Source: an uncultured archaeon (GTDB lineage Archaea; Iainarchaeota; Iainarchaeia; Iainarchaeales; JAAZKV01). Taken from it: 32,000 bases of DNA. A program made the position numbers and the translations under genes. The stretch spans positions 30,001 to 62,000 of the forward strand of contig CAZKBG010000001.1 of the NCBI GenBank assembly GCA_964551375.1. The letters run 5' to 3'. The notes under the pieces were generated by a model, which saw only the letters and a list, made by a program, of their open reading frames with translations, ran no database searches and was not told where the DNA came from. Each line of letters begins with the position of its first letter. Position 1 is the first letter of the stretch. Positions 25,547 to 32,000 of this stretch are shown here, piece after piece.

Positions 25547-25556
25547 TTATTTAAAG
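25547..25556 (-). promoter_or_regulatory. TATA-like box upstream of 25526
   Basis: The minus strand reads ctttaaataa, centred about 25 nt upstream of the ATG. Confidence 0.5.
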
Positions 25557-25588
25557 CTATCCTGGCAACTGAAAGTAGATTTTGCCAG

Positions 25589-26212
25589 TTAGTTTTCTTC
25601 ATTAACCATTCTTGCAAAGTGCCCTATAATTAGAACTACATATCCTAAAGCAAGAACTGCTACAAATATGTTCATTACATTCATGGACAATAAAACCGCA
25701 ATTTTTGCAATGAATGAGCTTTGAGCTGAAACATTGATTGCGCTAAATACTGCTCCAATTAACCATGCTACAAATGCAATTCCTGCTGCTGAAATTATTG
25801 GCTTTATGAAGTACTTGAAGTGTCCAAGCGATTTTGAAATGTACTCCATGTAGCTGAATAATAACCCGGCAGCAAAAAACCAAGCCAAGTTGGCTGAAAC
25901 AAACCCAGTTAAAGAAGTAATGAAAGTGCTTCCAAGTCCGCCGTTAATCCAATTAATTATCCAAACAATTATTACTAAAACAACAATTCCAATAATGCTT
26001 CCAATTAAAGGTCCTATAATTCCAAAAGGGTGCCAAGTGCAGTCCCACTTTTCCTTGAAGTGCTTGCCTTTTTTCTCAAACATGCTTTCCATTTTTCTTT
26101 CAAAAGCTTCGCCTTTTTTCTCCATCTTCTTTCCAAAGCGCTCTCCCCACTCGTCCCAATACTCTTCATCGCTTAATCGTCTTGAGGTTTTTGCTTTAAC
26201 TTTTTTAGCCAT
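25589..26212 (-). CDS. Integral membrane protein (about 4 TM) with charged N-terminal region
   Basis: MAKKVKAK..., an E/K-rich ~60 aa stretch, then four hydrophobic helices. The ORF track starts at GTG 26221. A TATA-like atttaaatat (minus-strand reading of 26240-26249) lies upstream. Confidence 0.75.
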   Translation of the reverse strand: MAKKVKAKTSRRLSDEEYWDEWGERFGKKMEKKGEAFERKMESMFEKKGKHFKEKWDCTWHPFGIIGPLIGSIIGIVVLVIIVWIINWINGGLGSTFITSLTGFVSANLAWFFAAGLLFSYMEYISKSLGHFKYFIKPIISAAGIAFVAWLIGAVFSAINVSAQSSFIAKIAVLLSMNVMNIFVAVLALGYVVLIIGHFARMVNEEN

Positions 26213-26298
26213 TAAAATCACTTAAGTAACGGCTTTGAAATATTTAAATGTTGTTTTGGGTAATTTGAGCAGGGGGAAAAAGTTTAATAGCGGAGCAA

Positions 26299-26928
26299 TT
26301 AATTTGTGCCCGCTATTTTTCCTGCAACAATTGATGCAAGAGCTGTTGCTTCTGCGCTCCCCGCAGTAGTTGTTACTGAGACAAGTTTTGCTGCGTATAC
26401 TCCTTGAGCAAAATTAAATCCCATGTTCTTGCATGAAACATCGCCGATATTTAAAGAGTCCTTCCCAGCGCATCCCCAAATGCCTGTAACATAGCTCTGT
26501 GCAACTGTGGCGCTGCTTGCTTTTAAAATTGCAATATTTCCGCTTGGCTTCATTTCAGTTCCTTCCATTGGAACAGGATCAAGCCAAATAGCGTTGCATC
26601 CATCTTTAATTGATTTATAAGTAACTTCAGTGCCTGCTGAAAGCTTTAATGAACTAACAATATCTTCTTTTGAAATAAAATTTGCGCAGTTAATGCTTGG
26701 CGAGGTTGGTTCATTACCTGAAACTTCTCCTGTTCCTGGATTTGTAACTGGATTATCAGAAGCATCTACATTACTCCCGCTTCCAGCCGGAACAGTAGCG
26801 CTGCCGTCTGAAATAAAATTAAAATCCGAATTTGCATCAGCATTATTATTTGCTGGTGTTTGAGTGCATCCAAATAAAACAAAAGCGCTCAACAAAACTA
26901 AAACTATTGCCATAATTTTCTTACTCAT
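26299..26928 (-). CDS. Secreted lipobox-type protein
   Basis: 209 aa. The signal peptide MSKKIMAIVLVLLSAFVLFGC|TQTP has a Cys immediately after the hydrophobic core. A low-complexity N/S/G linker and a globular domain follow. Confidence 0.75.
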   Translation of the reverse strand: MSKKIMAIVLVLLSAFVLFGCTQTPANNNADANSDFNFISDGSATVPAGSGSNVDASDNPVTNPGTGEVSGNEPTSPSINCANFISKEDIVSSLKLSAGTEVTYKSIKDGCNAIWLDPVPMEGTEMKPSGNIAILKASSATVAQSYVTGIWGCAGKDSLNIGDVSCKNMGFNFAQGVYAAKLVSVTTTAGSAEATALASIVAGKIAGTN

Positions 26929-26957
26929 AAAATCACACTACAAGTAATGCCCAAGTC

Positions 26958-26967
26958 GTATATAAAA
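26958..26967 (-). promoter_or_regulatory. TATA-like box upstream of 26928
   Basis: The minus strand reads ttttatatac, centred about 34 nt upstream of the ATG. Confidence 0.45.
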
Positions 26968-27024
26968 CTGATGATTTGTGCTTTTGATTAAGGAAAGTTT
27001 AAGGCAATGGTTTATCCAAGAAGA

Positions 27025-27039
27025 TTTAAGTAAAAGAAA
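27025..27039 (+). promoter_or_regulatory. Shared promoter 15-mer TTTAAGTAAAAGAAA (copy 2), TATA-like, upstream of 27055
   Basis: Identical to 24234-24248. It is centred about 25 nt upstream of ATG 27055. Confidence 0.5.
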
Positions 27040-27054
27040 ATACCTTATTATTTT

Positions 27055-27654
27055 ATGCCAAATAATTCCAATAAACCCTCAAAAGTCCGCCTCACTGGCG
27101 CAGCTCGAGAGGAGAGATTAACAGTTCTAAAATCAGCAAGAAAATTTAAGGAACTTAATTTGTGGTACGCAAAAGAAGCACGAAGAATGGGATTAACTAC
27201 TGCGAAAATTGCTCACGGGGTGGGCGCTGAAATTCAAATCTTTATTTTAAAAAAGCTAAAATTAGAAGAGCAAGCAAAAAAGCGCGCAATAGAACTCATC
27301 ACAGAAGATGGGCGAAATATGGTTTTAATGGTGGAAGCCAATGCAAGAATTCCTTATAAAAAAGCAGATTTTATTGCAAGGATTGACCATGCGTTAAAAA
27401 TATTGCCGGATGTTAAGGAAGCTCTCATAAAAGAAGTTCCTCATGGAAAAGAAATTATTAAAGGACTTCCAGGGGTTAGAGAAAAACTCGCCTCAGACCC
27501 AAGAACAACCTCTGTAGGCGGAGCAGGAATAATGCAGGATATTTCTCTGATAAATCTCCTCAAACTCCAGCAAATCCTTGGAAAAGAAAAATTTAGCGAA
27601 TTAACAAGGCTAACTGCGCAAACAATGGATGAAGTTAGGAAAAGAGGATATTGA
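27055..27654 (+). CDS. Hypothetical protein
   Basis: 199-aa ORF, K/E/R-rich and probably helical. No motif recognised. Confidence 0.65.
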   Translation: MPNNSNKPSKVRLTGAAREERLTVLKSARKFKELNLWYAKEARRMGLTTAKIAHGVGAEIQIFILKKLKLEEQAKKRAIELITEDGRNMVLMVEANARIPYKKADFIARIDHALKILPDVKEALIKEVPHGKEIIKGLPGVREKLASDPRTTSVGGAGIMQDISLINLLKLQQILGKEKFSELTRLTAQTMDEVRKRGY

Positions 27655-27834
27655 AAAAAAGGAATTTAATTTTTTAAAATAACTCTCATTAAATAACTCA
27701 TTTTGTTGGACATTAATTTTGCTAATGTTTTTACAGTTGTGATATTTTATTTGTTTTTCATATATAGTGTATATTTTTACTTTATTCTCTTAACTTAGAA
27801 GGTTTTTTCGAATTATCGTCTCAAGTATATCCTC

Positions 27835-28647
27835 GTGGTTGAAATGAGAAAAGAATCCGCGGTTTTAGTTGAAAAGACAATGAATGCCCAGAGTGATATT
27901 TGGGGAACAAAAGCGAGTGATTGGGCAACTTATCAGGAGCCCGCGCATATTGCAATTTACAGCGCAGTACTTTCAGAAACAGGCGCCGGGGTTGGAAAGA
28001 AAATTCTTGATGTTGGGTGCGGAACAGGATTATTTTTAGAAATGGCTTCAAAAACCGGTGCTGAAATCACCGGAGTTGATTTCTCTCCAGGATTTCTTGA
28101 ATTTTCAAAGCAAAGACTTCCAGAAGGAGATTTTCACTTAGCTGAAATGGAAAAGCTTCCATTTGCTGACAATACCTTTGACGCAGTGGTTGGAGTAAAT
28201 TCCTTCCAATTCTCAAAAGATCCCGTTAAAGCGTTTAAGGAAGCAAAAAGAGTGTCAAAAGACAAAGTAATAATTAGTTTTTTCACTTCTCCCAAAGAAA
28301 ATGACTTATTTGATTTCATCTCAAGCGTTCGCCCGTTTATGCCTCCTGAATTTTCAAACGGACCAACCCCGTTTACTCTTTCAAAAGAAGGAAAATTTGA
28401 AGAAGTTGCAAAAAATGCGGGACTTAAAATTATTGATAAGTTAAACGTAGAATCGCTTTGGACATATCCAAATATGGAAATCGCTCTAAAAGCTCTTGGC
28501 TCTTCAGGCCCTGCTGCAATGGCAATGAAAGGCGCAGATGCTAAGAAAGTAAAGGCTTCAATTGAATCTGCCCTAAAAAAGCACGAGACAAAAACAGGAT
28601 CTATTCAATTAAGGAACCGATTGAATTACTTTGTAATGCAAAAATAA
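27835..28647 (+). CDS. Class I SAM-dependent methyltransferase
   Basis: ILDVGCGTGLFLEMA (motif I), EITGVDFSP (motif II acidic residue), FDAVVGVNSFQF and a KRVSKDKVIISFF region, typical of the Methyltransf_11/25 type. The start is ambiguous (GTG 27835, ATG 27844 or ATG 27880). Confidence 0.85.
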   Translation: MVEMRKESAVLVEKTMNAQSDIWGTKASDWATYQEPAHIAIYSAVLSETGAGVGKKILDVGCGTGLFLEMASKTGAEITGVDFSPGFLEFSKQRLPEGDFHLAEMEKLPFADNTFDAVVGVNSFQFSKDPVKAFKEAKRVSKDKVIISFFTSPKENDLFDFISSVRPFMPPEFSNGPTPFTLSKEGKFEEVAKNAGLKIIDKLNVESLWTYPNMEIALKALGSSGPAAMAMKGADAKKVKASIESALKKHETKTGSIQLRNRLNYFVMQK

Positions 28648-28736
28648 TTGTGTGATTCATAAATATTTCTCAAAGTCTTTCGTATTAAAAGATTGTCAAA
28701 ATCACAATATATGGGACACTTTTTATTTTTGAAAAG

Positions 28737-28746
28737 CTTAAATAAT
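28737..28746 (+). promoter_or_regulatory. TATA-like box upstream of 28771
   Basis: cttaaataat is centred about 30 nt upstream of ATG 28771. This favours that start over the TTG at 28693 in the ORF track. Confidence 0.45.
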
Positions 28747-28770
28747 TCCTCAACCCCCTATCATCTGTTT

Positions 28771-29355
28771 ATGCCACCAGGGGTTTATCGAAAAATCAAA
28801 CGCTTTATTGCAAAGAAAAAAGCAAGAGTAATTCGCACAGTTCCAGTTACAATGGAAGAACTCTTGACTAAACCAATCTATTTCCAAGCAGGGGCTAAAA
28901 AAGCTCAGCAAAATAAGAGCTCAAGTTTTGCTTTCAAAAATAAGTACAGAATGCATGACTCTTTTTTGTCACGTTACAAAGGGAAGATAAAAGTTTTTGC
29001 AGACATAGGGTGCGCGCTTAATCAAGGTGCCCCAGCAACGCAAGCATCAAAAAAAGCCCTTGGGGCAGGCTCAAAAGTATACGCTGTTGACATCTTCCCG
29101 CTGCCAAAAGGCCACAAACCTGTTAATTTTATTCCAGTAATTCACTCAATAGTAAAGGGGAAACTGCCTCAGCAATGCGATGCAATAAGAATGGCAAACT
29201 TATCGAATCACCTTACTCCTGAAGAGAACCGCGCGGCACTAATTCATGTTCATGCAAGCCTAAGAGAAGGGGGATTTTTACTCGGCGCAAGACTCGACGA
29301 CCAATTCATCCTCCAAAAAAGAGGGGCTGGATTTAGGATAGTTGCAAGATTTTGA
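28771..29355 (+). CDS. Hypothetical protein with degenerate methyltransferase-fold-like core
   Basis: KVFADIGCALNQG (motif-I-like), SKVYAVDIFP (motif-II-like) and ASLREGGFLLGA. The assignment is weak. Confidence 0.6.
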   Translation: MPPGVYRKIKRFIAKKKARVIRTVPVTMEELLTKPIYFQAGAKKAQQNKSSSFAFKNKYRMHDSFLSRYKGKIKVFADIGCALNQGAPATQASKKALGAGSKVYAVDIFPLPKGHKPVNFIPVIHSIVKGKLPQQCDAIRMANLSNHLTPEENRAALIHVHASLREGGFLLGARLDDQFILQKRGAGFRIVARF

Positions 29356-29370
29356 TGACACTCTGAAACT

Positions 29371-29402
29371 GATACATAACAATTAGTCTCACTTTTAGTT
29401 TC
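29371..29402 (+). repeat. Left copy of an imperfect ~32-nt direct repeat flanking the 29417-29806 gene
   Basis: gatacataacaattagtctcacttttagtttc compared with gatacataactttgaactcacttttgatttag at 29868-29899. The shared blocks are gatacataac and ctcactttt. Confidence 0.6.
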
Positions 29403-29416
29403 TGGTGTGTGTTTGT

Positions 29417-29806
29417 TTAATTTGGGGTGTTAGGGTTGTATTCAAATCCTTGGGGCATGGGGTATTCTTCAAAGCAATTGTTTTGGTCATGTCTCCATAT
29501 TTTTTCACAAGAAGCATCGCATTTTTCCTTATTGTATTCGGCTGCATCTATGCATATACTATTGCATGATTCAAATTTAGAAGTTGCTTTGTCTGTGCAG
29601 TATTCGCTAAGCCCTTTCCATAATTGGTAGTCAATTCTATGAGTTTGGCTGTTTAAGTCGCCGGCCCTTGCCTCAAGAACTGCAACTTTGTTTTCAAGAG
29701 CAGCAATCTTCGCTGCGCTGGGGTCATCAGCAACTGATTGAGTGCATCCGAAAATGAATGTTAAAGCAATTAGTGTGATTATTAAAAATCCAGTTTTAAA
29801 TTTCAT
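29417..29806 (-). CDS. Secreted lipobox-type Cys-rich small protein
   Basis: 129 aa. The signal peptide MKFKTGFLIITLIALTFIFGC|TQSV has the same FGCTQ junction as the 26299-26928 product. A coiled segment and eight further Cys follow. Confidence 0.75.
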   Translation of the reverse strand: MKFKTGFLIITLIALTFIFGCTQSVADDPSAAKIAALENKVAVLEARAGDLNSQTHRIDYQLWKGLSEYCTDKATSKFESCNSICIDAAEYNKEKCDASCEKIWRHDQNNCFEEYPMPQGFEYNPNTPN

Positions 29807-29826
29807 GACTTAGTAAGGTTTTCCTG

Positions 29827-29836
29827 TTATAAATAT
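29827..29836 (-). promoter_or_regulatory. TATA-like box upstream of 29806
   Basis: The minus strand reads atatttataa, centred about 25 nt upstream of the ATG. Confidence 0.5.
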
Positions 29837-29867
29837 CTTTCTAAAACGCTGGACTAATACATAACTT

Positions 29868-29899
29868 GATACATAACTTTGAACTCACTTTTGATTTAG
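29868..29899 (+). repeat. Right copy of the imperfect direct repeat flanking the 29417-29806 gene
   Basis: See 29371-29402. An extra partial copy (atacataact) lies at about 29856-29865. Confidence 0.6.
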
Positions 29900-30218
29900 G
29901 CTTCTTTTAGTCTTGTCCTTTATTTCCAAGGTCGCCTCAATCCTTTGGTGACCCAAAATTTTCGCGCAAAAACCTGACGTAACCCTTCATTTTGGCACGT
30001 CAACTGACGTAAAGAATTGATAAAGTCCTTCATTTAGCCAATTTGACGCACTTTAGAGTTTCGTCTGATTTTGAAAGTGGCTCAAAATGCCCTAAAATCA
30101 ACCCTTTTTCAATGCGTAATGTCGGATAATCATTCTTATCCGGTATTTCCCCTTCACAAAATATGTAAGTTTTTTTAAAAGTGCCCTGAATAATTTAGTA
30201 GTGGAAGTCCGCCACCGT

Positions 30219-30230
30219 GGGGGTGGCATA
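30219..30230 (+). promoter_or_regulatory. GC-rich 12-mer GGGGGTGGCATA directly abutting a TATA-like element (second copy at 57-68)
   Basis: Exact 12-mer at 57-68 (followed by gatttatatata) and at 30219-30230 (followed by aataaagg). At 30211-30227 it also forms a hairpin (gccacc gtgg ggtggc). Confidence 0.4.
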
Positions 30231-30327
30231 AATAAAGGTGGCCTAAAATCAAAAGTATGGAAAACAGCCCCTATATTGTTATGTATAAAGTAAGATTAAT
30301 ATTTGAGTTTGGCAGTTAATTTTCCTT

Positions 30328-30516
30328 ATGAAAGCGCCAAAAACAATAACAAGCCGAGGAGTCCTTGGACTTAGGACTTCAAAAAAAGCCAGGCCAATGA
30401 GTTCAACAACTGCTTGGGCAGCTGGGGGCCAAAATCCAGCTAGGAAAATGACTCGAAAACAGGAGCGGCTGATGAAAGATTATCTGCGCTACTTGGAAGA
30501 GAATCGCAAACAATGA
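30328..30516 (+). CDS. Possible small basic protein (62 aa)
   Basis: It is the only ORF of 60 aa or more in a ~1 kb region. It is K/R-rich, with an AT-rich TATA-like sequence (gattaatattt) about 25-35 nt upstream. No homology recognisable. Confidence 0.35.
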   Translation: MKAPKTITSRGVLGLRTSKKARPMSSTTAWAAGGQNPARKMTRKQERLMKDYLRYLEENRKQ

Positions 30517-30847
30517 CTGGGGTTATCGCAGACAATGAATTGAATTGTTGTCCACAGATCTATCCAAATCAACACACAAAACAAACCCTATTTTTTCATT
30601 AAACTGATTTTAAGCATTTTTGACTAATTTCAGCCTAAATTTGAACTTTATTTGTTATGGTGGCTTATGGCTAATTAGTGGCTAAAGTTAGATAATGGTT
30701 ATTTTGAAGGGGGGTTGGGGATTGTAAAAAATGTCCAAGAAAGTGAGTGAATTTATTGAAAAACATAATTTTTGAGGCAGGTAAAGCCCAAAATAGTTAT
30801 GTTTAATTAAGGAATAAAGTGTTTCTTTTGCTAATAGTTTTTTCAAC

Positions 30848-31723
30848 TTATTTTTTAAAGGTTTTTGGCTTGGTTGATTTTTGCTTTGCCCAAGTATCGC
30901 TTCCACGGGCAAGAGCAATATTGGCAGCTACTTTGCGATACACTTTAAGCCCTGACCTAATGGCTCTTTTTATTGGGGTTCCTTTTTGTTTCTGCCCCTT
31001 TGGCGGGCCAAGTTTATCCAATAAAGGAGTAAGGCTTGGGTAGTATTTTTTTATAAGCGTTCTTGAAACCTCGTTTCGCTTATGTAGCCTCAAAGTATCA
31101 AGCAAAGTTGGGGCATATGAATAAACATGCGCTTCATTAACCACTCTAAATCTTCCCCACAATTTTAAAGTCAAAAAAGTGTCTTCATGAATTCGCTGAT
31201 CTTTTGGCATGATAATCTTTCTTGCCTCTTCCCTTCTAATGGCATAGCATCTCCCGTGAATTATTCCTTGGGTGAATGAATCAGGGTTGATTTTTGTTTT
31301 CATCACCATTTTCTTTGCGGGTTGAAATTTAGTCAATTTTTCATTCACATAAATCGCCTTTGCGCTTGCCGCGGCAAGGTTTGGCTCTTTATGGAGAGTT
31401 TTGAGCAGCTTTCCAAAACTATCTTCTTTTAGCACAACATCAGCATCAGCAAACAACAATACTTTTGACTTTGGATTGCTTCTTCTGACAAGCTCCATCC
31501 ATGCATTATTTTTTCCCTTTTCTTGTAGAACAAGCACTCTCACATGCGGGTCGCGCTTGGCAATTTCCAGCGCAATTCTTTCGCTGTTATCAGTGCTTCC
31601 ATTGATGCAAAATACAAGCTCTTTTTCAGCTGATGTTTTCCAAAGTCCGAGTCGGGTTATATTTTCATAAATATTTCTGATTGACTCTTCTTCGTTATAT
31701 GCCGGAATGCAGATTGAGAACAT
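30848..31723 (-). CDS. Family-2 glycosyltransferase (soluble GT-A type)
   Basis: MFSICIPAYNEEESIRNIYENI is the classic GT2 N-terminus, and LLFADADVV is the DxD motif. ATG 31723 is preferred over TTG 31768 from the ORF track, because the GT2 motif normally lies at the extreme N-terminus and a TATA-like box sits about 27 nt upstream. Confidence 0.85.
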   Translation of the reverse strand: MFSICIPAYNEEESIRNIYENITRLGLWKTSAEKELVFCINGSTDNSERIALEIAKRDPHVRVLVLQEKGKNNAWMELVRRSNPKSKVLLFADADVVLKEDSFGKLLKTLHKEPNLAAASAKAIYVNEKLTKFQPAKKMVMKTKINPDSFTQGIIHGRCYAIRREEARKIIMPKDQRIHEDTFLTLKLWGRFRVVNEAHVYSYAPTLLDTLRLHKRNEVSRTLIKKYYPSLTPLLDKLGPPKGQKQKGTPIKRAIRSGLKVYRKVAANIALARGSDTWAKQKSTKPKTFKK

Positions 31724-31745
31724 GAAGTAATTAGTTTTGTCTATG

Positions 31746-31755
31746 GTTATATACT
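31746..31755 (-). promoter_or_regulatory. TATA-like box upstream of 31723
   Basis: The minus strand reads agtatataac, centred about 27 nt upstream of ATG 31723. Confidence 0.5.
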
Positions 31756-31860
31756 TTTGTAAGGGCAAGAGCAGCTTTTTGGCAAGTGATTTTTTAAAAA
31801 AAAATCAAAAACCCTTAGTGAATATATTTTGTTTTAAGGAAAAAGAGTATTCTATTGGGC

Positions 31861-32000
31861 TTATTTTTCAAGAACTGAAAATGCATGTTTCCATATATTC
31901 TGCCTTGCGCCATATCTTACCCAAAGAACAACAAGCGCTTCAAGCCAATAGGACTCATTAATTTCGCCTAAATCAATTATTTTTTCCCAGCCTAATTTTT
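31861..32000 (-). CDS. Possible 3' end of a gene running in from beyond the window edge
   Basis: The minus-strand frame reads ...KLGWEKIIDLGEINESYWLEALVVLWVRYGARQNIWKHAFSVLEK then stop (TAA, complement of 31861-31863). It is open to the window edge. Only 45 codons are visible, so it is tentative, but it looks more protein-like than the overlapping + ORF 31737..31961. Confidence 0.35.
   Translation of the reverse strand, partial: KLGWEKIIDLGEINESYWLEALVVLWVRYGARQNIWKHAFSVLEK

Noticed and set aside
29352-29375. C/D-box sRNA signature (tgatga ... ctga ... ctga)
   Set aside because: The boxes are only 4-6 nt apart, far too close for guide regions. The tgatga is simply the tandem stop region of the 28771-29355 gene.
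29807-30847. tRNA or other standard RNA gene in the low-coding region
   Set aside because: I could find no cloverleaf-compatible acceptor/T-arm pairing and no GTTCGAATC/GTTCAAATC-like T-loop. The hairpins present are isolated stem-loops.
31737-31961. 74-aa + strand ORF at the right edge
   Set aside because: It has a poor composition and overlaps a more protein-like minus-strand reading frame that is open to the window edge. There is no promoter context.
1-32000. Mobile genetic element, prophage or defence island
   Set aside because: No integrase, transposase, terminal inverted repeats, capsid/terminase-like genes, restriction or nuclease/ATPase defence-type domains could be recognised. The only repeat-flanked segment (29371-29899) lacks a recombinase.

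Overview
AT-rich, densely coding window that looks archaeal and is most consistent with a small-genome DPANN-type episymbiont (inference). One protein has an archaeal class III (prepilin-like) signal peptide. Most genes have a TATA-like box about 25-30 nt upstream of the start codon, which fits leaderless transcripts. There are no bacterial-type mobile elements, rRNA, tRNA or CRISPR. The dominant feature is a roughly 14 kb cell-surface island (3215-17271) that takes up more than 40% of the window. It holds two giant secreted proteins (1427 and 1828 aa) that share a ~340-aa C-terminal module but have different N-terminal parts: one has nine Ig-like adhesin repeats, the other has four tandem 173-aa cysteine-rich modules. 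The island also holds a Cys-rich, tail-anchored surface protein with a Gly11 linker, and a convergent 904-aa multi-repeat protein with a pilin-type signal peptide followed by a tiny basic ORF. Upstream of the island lie a processive-type GT2 synthase, a short UDP-glucose-dehydrogenase-like gene (a has-like pair) and a small winged-helix regulator. The right half encodes many small orphan proteins, including a paralogous pair and Lys-tailed basic proteins. It also encodes a secreted putative papain-fold hydrolase, a flavodoxin, a DUF1801-like protein, methyltransferase-fold proteins, two lipobox-type proteins, a second GT2, and a ~1 kb poorly coding region with hairpins and repeated motifs. All family assignments come from motifs read by eye, since no searches could be run.
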